Assembly: GCA_013265495.1 (NCBI GenBank)
Contig: MU058065.1
Coordinates: 6,820,302 to 6,884,301, forward strand
DNA: 64,000 nt
Source of the DNA: Vicugna vicugna
Taxonomy: Eukaryota
Direction of reading: 5' to 3'
Under the pieces are notes generated by a model that made no database searches, was not told the DNA's origin, and was given only the letters and a program-made list of their open reading frames with translations. Positions within the stretch are counted from its first letter, which is position 1; every line of letters begins with the position of its first letter. Shown one piece after another: positions 50,980-62,278 of the stretch. The translations under genes and the position numbers were made by a program.

Positions 50980-51540
50980 CTCTCCCGTCGCGCTGGCTGG
51001 TGATCTCTTTCCTGGCAGGTCCGCCGCTCGCGTCCCGAGACCCCGCCGCCGCCCCTCCCCGCGCCACAGCGCCCTCGGGTCTCCGTCGTCACTGGCTGCG
51101 TCCTGGCGCCCGTGTCACCGCCCCTCGCCGGGCCCGCGCTCCCCGGCTTCCTGGCGGTGCGGACCAAGAAGGCTCCGGGCGGGGACGGGCTGGGGGCGTC
51201 GCCGTCCCCCTCCCGACGTCGGAGGCACCCTGGGCAGAGCGGTGGCCAGGGCCGGGGGCGGGCGGGCGCCCGGCCGGATGGGCTGCACCGTGAGCCTGGT
51301 GTGCTGCGAGGCGCTGGAGCCCGCGCGCCTCTGCGGCCCCCAGGCCCCAGGGAGTCCTCCGGCCCCCGCGCCGCCCGAGTGCCTGGAGACCCCTGGTTCC
51401 ACTCGCGCCAAGAGCGGGCGGCTACTGCTTCAGGTAGGGCGCTGCGGGCGTGGGTGGCGGGCAGAGCCCAGCTCACCTGAAATGGGCAAAGAGCCTCTCC
51501 AGGAAAGCGCTGCGCAGCGGTTGTGGCGCTCTGGAGCCAG
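50980..51540. promoter_or_regulatory. CpG island / GC-box promoter of TNS1
   Basis: Very high GC and CpG density relative to the rest of the window; GGGCGG boxes at about 51256-51266. Confidence 0.85.
51278..51433 (+). CDS. TNS1: Tensin-1 alternative first coding exon (MGCTVSLVCCEALEP...SGRLLLQ, 52 aa)
   Basis: ATG in a CpG island; CAG|gtaggg donor, phase 0; matches my recollection of a long TNS1 isoform N-terminus; divergent from RUFY4 as expected from synteny. No further TNS1 exons recognised in the window. Confidence 0.8.
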
Positions 51541-54500
51541 GACCAGGTGAAGGGGCAGTTAGGCTGAGGTCTCACCTGGATCTCTTGAGCCCCCGGAAGG
51601 AGAGGGATGTAGGACCTGACCCTCAAAAGGGCAAATCTTTCAGGTATGGTTTTAGGAGCCACCTAAAAGGGGCAGGGCTGGACCTGTTGGGAAAGGCGTT
51701 GGAAGAGTGAATTTCCCCTGAGCCCATCCAGGGGTTGACTGTGTGTCCCACCGGTTTCTGTGGCCGTTGTCTCTGACCCGGCTCTGTAGCCAGGAGGGAG
51801 GGGGCCTTCTGAGTCAGGGAAGGTCCCATCAGAGTCAGGATCGACCTGAGGATGGTGGAGGAGCCAGGCCCTCACCCCTGTGTTCTCTGTTCTGGGTAAG
51901 TCTTAGAGCTTTGCAGGTGGGGACAGGCTGGTGCTGGGAGGCAAGTATTTGTTCTGGGCTAAGTGTCTGTCCATGAACCACCAGGCCTGGCATAGGTGTG
52001 GGCATTGGATTTCTCTAAGGAGGAGGAGGACGGGGAGATATTTGGGGTTACTAGGGACTAGATAACTCTGCCCTAGGTTCCCTGAATAATCCCAACCTAC
52101 CTCTCTGTTTGGGGGCTGTGAGGGCTGCAGCCTCCCAAGATTTGTTTGCTGTGTGGGGTTTGGATTATACTGATGTCTTACATCCCTCCACCGGGGGCAC
52201 ACAGAGTTTGGGCAACTTAAAATTTATTGTGTGACCACATCCCAGCCCCCTTGTCGCCCTTCACTTCAGCAGCCAGTGAAGCCAGGGGTGTGTGTGTGTG
52301 TGTGTTCACCAAAGTGACCCCTCCACCCCACTTGACGGGTGCCCCTCTAGGACACAGATTTGTTATGTTTGTGGTTGTTCTCCGCAGTGCCAGGCATAGG
52401 GCTGCGCTTAAAAACCCAGCTCTCTGTCCTTCCTAAGCTCTAGCCTTAATCATCACCATGATGACCAGCCATGCTAAGGGACAGACTTGGTGGGATGCAG
52501 TTGTTGCCTGAGCCCTCTCAGTGGCTGCTGGTCCAGGGATGATCTGGATGGAGGCCAGAGCCTAACTTCGGGCCCTGGGGGTAGGACGAGGCCTGGAGGT
52601 GTCAGCTGGGCATCCCAGACTACTGCTTCTTGGTCTTGGCAGAGGGGCAGAGAGTGATGATGACAAGGCAGAACTCTTGGGCCCTTCCAGAGGCCATCAG
52701 GGCTCCTCCCCTGCCTCAGAGCTTCATGAACCTTTCTCTGTTCTTGAAGGTTTGGGGGGAAGTGAGTTCACAGTCTCCCTCCCTTATCTGTTCCTCTCTC
52801 AGATGCTTTCTGACTTTACTCTCTGTTGGTAGGTCTCCCTGCTTTCTCCACTCTGCATGCAGCCAGCCATGGGGTGGGTGCTGGGGGGCCACCTGAAGGT
52901 GGGTAGGGGCAGGGACAGGGACAAGCAGTCAGGGCTGAGATGGAGGAAGGAGCCAGGGGCACTGGCGGTGGGTGATCAAGGAAAGGGGAGAGGTGGGGGC
53001 AGGGAGTGTGTGTGTGTGGGCGTGTGACAGCCACAGGGACAGGCATGGGGACAAGTGTCTGTCTGCATTCGGATGAGCTGGTTTCTGAGTGGCCTCTTGA
53101 GAGAGCCTGGCGCTCATCCATGACTCACCCCTCCTTTATCTTCAGGATGAAACTCCATCCCAGTTCCAGCTCATGCTCACTGCTTCCCTGGCTCTGGGTC
53201 CTGCAGGGGACGCTGTTGCTGGCGGCTCTCTCCCCTTGCCGGGGTCCTCATTCATAGTGCAACCCTCACGAGACCTCAGCCACCCAGGAAAGGGCAGCCA
53301 AGCTGCCTATTGCCTCCCCAGAGGAGACATTTTACCACGTTCTTGTGTTGGATAAACATCTCTTGGGCTCCCAGCTCCCCCAGGAGTCGGGGCTTAGAAG
53401 CTACTTAAGCATCTGGGCTCCCAGCCAAGGCCCTCCCACTGACAGTCCTGCCACTGAAATGCCACCCTTTCTGCCACAGACACCCTCTCCCCCCTTCCCT
53501 AGGCCAAACTTCTCTCCTTGGGCCGCAAGCCATGTTCACATCCCGTCTCCACTTGCGGCCTTGTTCCTCCTCTCCCTGCTTTGGCAAACACCCTTCTCAC
53601 AGGGCCATCTTGCTCTCTTGCAGCTGTGAGCTGTCCTCACTCACCCCCCTGAGCTGGCTGTCCCCTGCTCAGACCACACTGCCCTTCTCACTCTGGTGGC
53701 CTCTTTGTTCCCTCAGGCCCCATTTTCCACACCTCTCTCCTCCCTGGCTGGAATTTGTGGCCTGCGCCTCTTCTCGGCTTTGAGGAAGGTTGCCCACCTA
53801 GGCGCACAAGCCTCTAAGCTCCAGCTCTGGATTACTGAAGACCAGAGGTGTAAGCCCTGTCGGGTGGCCTCCTTAGGGTCCGATGGCAGCCCTACACTCC
53901 GATTCCTCCCTTGGTCCCACATAGCAGCCTGCCAGCCTCAGGAGAAGGAAAGGTGGGGCTTGGCACCCCTCCTGAGCATTCCTGCCAAACCTTCTCTGAC
54001 CTGGGCGCCAAGGGGCCTGGAGGGCATCTCCAGGTGCCAGCCTCGCCTCCTTGCTCCCTGCCATATCCCAGGACAAGTGGGTGCTTGTTGGATGGTGGTG
54101 GGAGCAGAGGGGAGGAGACTCCAGGCTGCTTCTGCCGCCTCTCTCTGAAAGCCAGCCCCTGGGGTCAGTTCATCTGGCCTCTGCTCAATAGCCTGGAGCC
54201 CTACTGAGTTCAGGAGGTCCCTAGGGTTAAAGGTCCTGCAGCCTCCCCTGCATTCCTGTCATGGGGTCCTACACCTGTGATGGAAGTTCTGGGTTTCTAA
54301 CCCCCTCTAATCACCTCTACTATGAGTTGAATTACTTCTTCATTCTCTTTCTCTAGTTATGTACAATCATAGACCCCAGAGCTGAAAAGGATCTTGGTTA
54401 GTGGTTCTGAACCTTGTGAGGTCAGATTCCTGTGATAATCTGATGAAAGTTACAAATATTCTTGTTAGGGAAATGTATGTGGGCATGTACACACACAAAC

Positions 54501-57500
54501 ACTCAGACACACACACACACAGAGACACACACAACATCATGAACCCCCTCAAGCCCACTGAGGGTCTTGATTCTTACAAACCCTGTGTTTCACAAATGGG
54601 CACACTGAGGCCCAGAGAAGGGAAATGACTTTCCCAGGGCTACATGAGTGGTTGGCAGAGCCAGGACCACAACCCAGGTGTCCTGACCCTGCACGAGGGA
54701 AGTTTTGTTCTCAGAGGCAACTTTTGCCTTCCCCAGATTGCCTGCAAGATAGGTGGGCCTGACCATTCATTTATTCCAAACTTTTTTTCTTTTTAGTTTT
54801 AGGGTATTCATTACCTCAGTTTGTAATAGAATTTATTTCATTGTAAGTTTATGTATTTCTTAAATTTATTTTTATAAAGATATAATTGACATACAACGTT
54901 GTGTAAGTTGAAGGTATACGTGTTGATATGATGCATGTATATATCGTGATGTGATTATCGCTGTTGTGTTAGCTAACACCTCTTTCATGTCACATAGTTA
55001 TCATTTCCTTTTTGTGATGGGAACAGTTAAGATCTAGTCCCTTAGTCAGCAAGCACATTTGAGCACCTGCTGTAAGCCAGGCGTTGAGCTGGGAGCTGAG
55101 ACTAGAGCAGGAATGCAGGCAGCCTGCGTTCTTGGCCTCAGAGCAGGTGTCAGTCTGGTGGGAGAGAATCAAGTGCAAACAAGTAATTGCACAAACGCGT
55201 TGTTGGAAATAGCAAGATGGAGAGAAGTAGAGGATGTAATGAGAGCTACCGGAGGGATCAGATGCAGATTGGGAAGGCAGAGGAAGTGGCATTTAAACAC
55301 GGCACCGAAGTGCAGGTAGAATTTAGTGAGACGCAGTCTGGGTTATGGGAACAGCACACGTGAAGGTCCTGAGATGGAGAGGAATTGGGAGTGCCTACAG
55401 AACTTCACAAAGGTTTTCTCTGGCTGCTGCTGGCTCCTCCTGAGCTCTGCTGTCTGTGTGGGGTGTGTAGGGGTGGATTGCAAGGGGTGAGGGGCAAAGC
55501 AAGGAGACCTGGGGAGGTGGTTGCTGTCATGGGGGTGGGGATGATGATGGTTTGGGTTAGCGAGGTGACTGGCCATAGAGAGGGCTCCCTGAGGGTGAGG
55601 CCAAGACTGATTCAGGATGAGAAGGGACAGGACGTGGAGATGGCTTGGAGGTGGGGTGAGAAGAAGTGGGGGGGCAAGGTGAAGATGACTACTTTCATCT
55701 TACAAAGACCAGAACTGGTAAGGCTTCATCAGGCATTCCTTCATTTTAGTTTAGTGAAGTATTTCATAAATACAGAAAAGTGGGCATGCTTTCCACAAAC
55801 TGAACACGCCCATGTGTCCATGTAAACAGGATCAGCCAAGAAATAGCACATTGCCTGCACCCAGAAGTCCCCCTTCCTGTCCCCTTCCAGTCACTAATCC
55901 CCCTCTGAGGGTTATTCATTCTCCTGACTTCTGCCAGTATAGATTTACTTGTTGTAGAACTTCTTATAAAGGGAGCACATCTCATGTGCTATTTTGTGCC
56001 TGACTTCTTCTGAGCAACATTGTGGTTGTGAATTTCATCCACATTCTTGAGTTTGGTTGTAGTGTCCCTTCTCACTGCTGCACCGTGTTCCACCGTGTGA
56101 AGACATCAGTTCTGCTCTTGACAGGCATTTGGGCTGTTTCCAGTTTGGGGCTATTGCACACAGTGCGGCTGTGAGAATTTTCGTGTGAGAGGATCCTGTG
56201 TTCTAGTTTCTGTCCGGTAGACGTCATCCCTCTATTTTGGTGGTGTCTCTAGAAGACTCAAGCATCTCAAGAATTAGAGGCATCATCCCACAAAGGGAGC
56301 ACTTCATCATCTTGGCAACGGACATGGGAGACATCCTGGGGAAGGGGAGGATTCCTAACTCTGTAACATGTCCCTCTGTGGTGTCTCTTCTCATCTTGCC
56401 ACCCTCTTCCCCCACGTGGGGCTAAGGTGTCAGAGGGGAAGGAGGAAGAAACCCTAGAGGTCTGTATTCAAGTAAGGGTGGGTGGGGGGGGTCAGCTGAC
56501 TACCTGTCTCAGCCTTACCCACTCTCTGGGGGCAGGCCTGGGTCCTGGTGTGGGTCAGGAGTGTGTGAGGCTGAGAAAGGGCCCACACCCTCTAGTCCTT
56601 CTCTCTTTCCTGAGGGCAGGAAGCCAGCTACAACCTCCTAGTTTGATGTATGAACTTGCCAAGGGCCCCTGGCACCAGGACAGAGTGCCGCGCCAAGGGC
56701 AGGCAAGCCAAGGCAGCCCCTGGAGGGGCAGCAGCCCAAGAGTGGGAAGCAGAGGCTGCCATCTGCAGGGAAGCCAAGCATGGGGAGCAAAGGAGATTCA
56801 GGTGATGCTGAGGGGCCAGGTCCCCTTGCTGTCTGTCCCAGAGCCGATTGCTTTTGGCCCGTCCCCAACAAGAGACCCTAACCCTGGTGCTTTCTGCCAG
56901 CCCCTCCCTCTCCAAGCCTGAGTAGCCGTAGGGCCCAGAGTAGGAAGCTGGGTCTCCAAACCCACCCCAGAAATAGGGGATGGAGAGACCTCAGCTTTAG
57001 CGTTCCTTTCTGGCCAAGCAGAGGAGAGTGTTGGGGTGCTTCTGGTGATGCCTGTTTCCCTCATAAGTCTGTGAGCCGGTGTTTTCAGGCCAGAGCCAAG
57101 GTCTGGAGAACTTGATATCCTAGGACGTGTACCGTATAGATGCTCAGTAAGGGTTACTCAGTGAGTGGATGGATGGCGAGAGTGGGGCAGGGAGAGACCC
57201 CAGGGAAGGAGAGAGAATCCAGGTGGAGGCCAGGCACAGGGCATGGTGTTGGGAAGCTGTGGCCTGCTGCTTTTCTGCCTGGGAAGCTGTGGTCTCTCCT
57301 CCAACTTAGGGCTCCTCTTGGCACCCAGTGGGTGGGCACAAGCGTGGGGATAGTAGCTGGGATGAGGCCACCTGGGTCAAGCTCAGCATGACTGGAGGTC
57401 AAATAGGAATGTCTGCAGGGTTGGAAGATGTCCACTGACAGCAGGCCTTTTTGAGATCTGAAGAGTGTGGGAAGGGAGGTAAGACCCTGGTGGTTGGCTG

Positions 57501-58454
57501 GGGCCGGCAGTGGGCGGCGGTCACAAGGAGGCCATTGCTGGGGGCTCTGTCCTCCGGCCTCAGCTGAGTTAAGCCGGAGAGCTCACCTGGGGGAGAGGCG
57601 GCTGGCTCTCTGCCTTGTCCCTTTGGCTCATTTCACCTGCTGCCCAGCCCAGACGTTACTCCCACGGAGATCGGGCAGGGGACAGGCCTGGCTTTGTTGG
57701 GACCCTGAGACCCAGGCTGGGCCTGTTGGCTTTGCCCTGGAAGGGCTGGAAGATGAGGAATGGAGGCGATGGGGAGGGATGGAGATTCCTGGGACCCAGC
57801 GCTGTGAGCAGACTGGCTGCTGAGTTCCTTGGCTGCCACCTCTGGCACACCCTGGTCACATGCCTGAGGGGGCGAGCTGGGGATGCTTGGCCAAGGTTGG
57901 CAAGAGGTGGGTGGGTCGGAAAGTGCCCCAGGGCCACATTCTCCTTCCTCTTCTGCTTCCTGTTGTCCAATAGCTCAGCCCATCCCTGCCCTGGGGAGGT
58001 GCGGTGCTCTTTCTTGAAGGATCAAGATCTTTGGGTCCAGAGTTGGCTCTCCTCCTGATCTCTATGCCTCATTTCCGCCTTCTTTCTCTCCTTAAATCTC
58101 TCTTATGCTCTAACTGTTTCTTTCTGTGTCTGACCTGCCCACCCCTTAGGAGTTTCAAGTCCCTTTTCCAGCCTCTTTCTTCCCCTGAAAGGCAGGAGGC
58201 AGGGATGGATGGCCTCTCCCTCACAGAGGAGGCACAGAGGAGTAGTGGTTACACGAGTGGCCTTCTGAGTTAAACTAAGTTTGACTTTGGGCTTTGCCAT
58301 CTCAGGGCTGTGTGTCACTGAACATATTATGTAACCTCTCTGTGCCTTGGTTCCATCTGCTGCCCTTAAAAGCACGTAGGACGGTGTGGGGGATATCGAC
58401 AGCATTTAATCAGGAGTAGCTGTTGTTGCTGTTTTTATAGTTATTGAGTGATTG

Positions 58455-58860
58455 TATTAGTTCAAGTCCTCTGAGGAACAAGCTGGGCTTAAATGTGTGA
58501 CAATTTTATTAGAGGAGATGCTTGAGTGAAAGGAAGGAGCCAGGGAAGGATGGGAGAGCCCTCAGATGGCAACGTGAGTCTGACCTGAGTGAAGGGGAGG
58601 CAGAGGGAGTGAGAGTGGGATGCAAGTGTCCTAGACCTCTGTGCTGTCGAGGGAGAGTTCAGCAAAGCTGACAGGAACCCAGGAACCAAAGTTGGCCGAG
58701 TCGGCTCACCCCCAGGAACAGGCCTGTCTTAGAATCGCTTTGACAATGGCAAGGAGCAGCCCGAGGGAGGTCCGGCCTCAGCGAGCACAGTGGTGGGTTT
58801 CAAAGTGTACAGCTGGGCCCCTGCTCCTGGCACAGGAGGTCTGCAAGGTGCATTTTGGTG
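58455..58860. mobile_element. MLT1-like (ERVL-MaLR) LTR; similar pieces near 12520-13170 and 15130-15700
   Basis: TGTATTAGTTC start; TTTATTAGAGGAGATGCTTG and GGGAAGGATGGGAGAGCC MLT1-type motifs. Confidence 0.5.
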
Positions 58861-61234
58861 GCCGCCACAGGGCCTTGAGACTCAGGACAGGGCCATGGTC
58901 CTGAGGTCTGAGGTGGGTTGGGAGGGATGGAAGGGGGTGACCAGAGGAGCTGGGAGAAGGCAGCAGCCTGAGTCCTAGGCTGTTATGTCCCCTTCCAGGC
59001 CTGAGCCTGCTTGGTCTGGCTGCTAGGCCTCCTCACCTGGGACCTGGCTTCAGTCTGGGTCCTGGCTGTTGAGTTACTATCTTTTACCTTAATCATGTTA
59101 AATGGTGTGGTCCTGCTTGGAGCAGAGGGCTGGCTCCACCTGGCCTCTGACACTGCTCTCTGTCCCTCTCCTTCCTTCTGGAGGTACTGAGGGGGAAACT
59201 GAGGCCCAAAGAAGGTTCTGGGTAAGTAGGGGCTTTCAGGAATCAGCATTGCAGTGGCCTCCTCTTACCCTCTGGACAGAGCCAACCACCTCAAAGTTCA
59301 TCATCGGGGAGGCCTGACAGCCTGACACCACCCTTAACACCGACCTTGGGTGTCCTCTGGGACTGGCCGGGCTGGCCAGAGTGTGGGACAGGGGTGCAGA
59401 GAGACAAGCCAAGCTGCGACACCATTAGGGGAATGAAGTTGGAGCAGGAACAAGTGTTTCTGGACGCTGAGCTGAGGCCATCTGTGGCGGTCGGACCAGA
59501 CCCAGCCCAGCCAGACAGTCCTCTCCACTGCCCCCATGAGCTCCCCATCACTGCAGACTGCATTGAGATGTGTGAGCCCGCCCAGATGGCCTCTTGAACC
59601 CCAGCCACTCAATATGCTAAGCAGGGCTAATTTATTCCCTTGCTTCTTAATGGAATTGCAGCAAAGCCAGCAGAGAGTGAATGTGTTGGAGGTAGCTGGT
59701 GGTGGTGGAGGGCGATATTCTCCATGGTTCTCTGCATATCTTGCTCCAAGACCCCTGGGCTCCAGCGTGACTTGACATTGCCCCCCCCCGACCCCAGCTC
59801 CCCATCCAAGGCTCAAAGAGGAGGCCTTGTAGTGAAGGGAGCAGGGTAGCTGGGGACAGGTAGCTAGATGAGTTCTTGCCTGCTGCTTCCTAGCTGGGTG
59901 CCCTGGGCAAACTACTTAGTGTCTCTGAGCCTCAGCTTCCTCATCTGTAAAACAGGGAGAATAGAGCCCAGCTGGCAGTGCTGCTGCGAAGAGCCCATGC
60001 CCAGCTCTGGGACGCCGTGGGCAGGTGGCCCCGTTTGAGCCTGTCTACATGCTGCTCTTGTTGGCACCTCTTTCCCTCTTTTGTCACCCTCTGCAGTCTG
60101 GACTCCTGAATCCTGAGGTCAGCGGGGGATGCGTGTGCAGGGAGGAGGCTGTTCTGGAAGCTCTGCTCTATGCTTCAGGGATTGGGGGTAAGGGGCAGGG
60201 ACAGATGAGCTGACAGCCCCGTGTGAACAAAATGAGACAGGGTTTGTGGTGGAAAAGTGTGTAACCAGGTGTTGGGCTGATCTGGTTGCAAGTCTGGGCT
60301 TTGCCACTGACTACCTTTGTAAGCCTCAGTTTCCTCGTCTGGGAAATGGGAATGTTAGCACCTACCGGCAGGTTTAGGAAGGGGATTAAGTTGGCTGACG
60401 TTTGTAAAGTTACTGGCATATAGTAGGCTCTCAATACACATCAGTTTTCTTCTTCCTCTGGAAATGTCCTTCGAAGTCATCTGGTTGACCCCTTCACTGG
60501 CTGGCTTGGGCAAGGGCCTCACCTCTGAGCCCTTCTCAGAAAGGGCGGGGGATAGGGAGAGCCCTGGGCTTGGGATCTCTGACTTGGCAGACAGATCAGA
60601 GGTCACTTAGCAATAATGATAATGAATGCCCTTAAAAAGAGACTCACGCAATGCTCACAACAACCCCCAAAGTGATGCAAGCAGGTATTATCACCCCATT
60701 TCACAGATGGGGAGTTGGAAGCCCAGGGAGTGATTTGTCCATGGTCTTGCCGCTGTCAGTGCAGGGTTGGGACATAAGCCAAGTCTTAGGGTTCCTGGTT
60801 CTCTGCACTTGGCCTGTCTCCTACCTCTTACCCATCTGTTGAGCTAGACAGCCCCACTCAACTACACGGGGAGGGAGTGTGCAGTACAGGTAAAGGGAGG
60901 GGTTCTTCTTGTTCTCAGTGGTCCCTTGGGAGTAAGAAGTCATTGTCTTGTTTGACTGGTCAGTCCCTCTGGGACACTCCCACTTCGCTGTCTGGTCTCC
61001 ATCCTTGAAGGCACCCACCTTCTTCCCTACCAGAATGAAGCAGAGTGGGGAATGGGTGGGGGTTAGTCTGTGGCAGCTGCCTTCTTTGGGGTTAGGGTAA
61101 GGTTAGGCCTGTTGACCCTCACTCAGGCTGGACCGGGAAACGCAGCTACCTCTCCCTCAATTGTCTCTAACAGGTTGACACTTCTGACCTCCTCCTCCAG
61201 GAAGCCACTTCTTGTCCCTACTCCCCAGCACAGG

Positions 61235-61320
61235 AGCCCCATCCCCCACCCCTGCTTCCCCCTCCCCCCAAGCCCCAAGCCCCATCCCCCACCCCTGCTT
61301 CCCCTTCCCCCTAAGCTCCC
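61235..61320. repeat. Two-copy 43-bp C-rich tandem duplication
   Basis: AGCCCCATCCCCCACCCCTGCTTCCCC starts at 61235 and again at 61278. Confidence 0.8.
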
Positions 61321-62268
61321 CAGCAGCCTCTGTGGCTGTGAGAACAGCCCCCATCTTGCTTCCCAGACCCACTGACTGGGCTCTGGGGTCTCCCTTCTCC
61401 CCCTCCCCTCCTCCCCCCATTTATCTCGGGAGGCAGAGGCCCTTTGTGAAGCTCTTTGTGTGGATTTGAGCTCCCAAGGCCAGTCAGGGGGACAAAGGGA
61501 CACCCCTCTCCCCTCTCCATTGTCCTATCTCTTCCCAAGGATCTGTGTGTGTGTGTGTGTGTGTGCGCGCGCACGCACATATGTGTGTGTCCATGTCCTA
61601 GCTTGGTGTCTTTTATATGGAAGGGCAGGAGGAATCTTGAAAGAATTCAGGGAGGCAGAGCAGTCTTGGGGCCCCTACACCAAGGCTGAGAGGCCCTTGT
61701 GGGAGAAAAGAGACTAGGTGCCTTTGAAGAGGGGTGATCAGTCCTGGGAGTGTGTGGGGTAGGGGGGCCGAGTCACTCACTCTCTGGCCCCAGGACTGGA
61801 TGCTGTCACTCCTCCCCCCACCCCGATTCCATCTCTGATTCCATCGTTCTGTATCTGTTTCTCTCTCCTTTCCCGCCCCTGCTTCCCCTCTCTCCCTGCA
61901 GCTCACTCTCTCCATCCTATCCCTCATTCTCATCCTGGCATCTGCCTTCCTTGGCACTGCCCCCTCTCACCCGGGACAGACCAGGCAGGCACCCCTCCCC
62001 ATCCCTTGATGCCAGTCCCAGGGAGGCCCTGTCACATGCTGCCACTCCAGTACTCCAACCCTTTTCTTGACTTCTGCCCTCATCTCAGCTGTCCTGGCCT
62101 TGACTCCCTTGCCCTGGGCCCCCGCTATTTCTGCCCTCATTCTGCGGGTGCCTCCTCCCAGGGCTGCTATCTCCATGGCCCCAGCAGTGGCTCCCCTTTA
62201 CCCTGGCCAGCCTGATGACCCCACAGTCTAGAATAACACTGGGTGGCTGGCTGCCCGCTGGGGCCTGG

Positions 62269-62278
62269 CTAAAAATAG
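62269..62278 (+). promoter_or_regulatory. MEF2 consensus site in TNS1 intron 1
   Basis: Exact CTAAAAATAG in GC-rich unique sequence. Confidence 0.4.

Noticed and set aside
50615..51550. 311-aa plus-strand ORF and overlapping 235-aa antisense ORF
   Set aside because: Non-ATG starts in a stop-poor CpG island; only 51278-51433 is bounded by an ATG and a splice donor.
61609..61620. CArG-like TCTTTTATATGG
   Set aside because: Does not fit CC(A/T)6GG.
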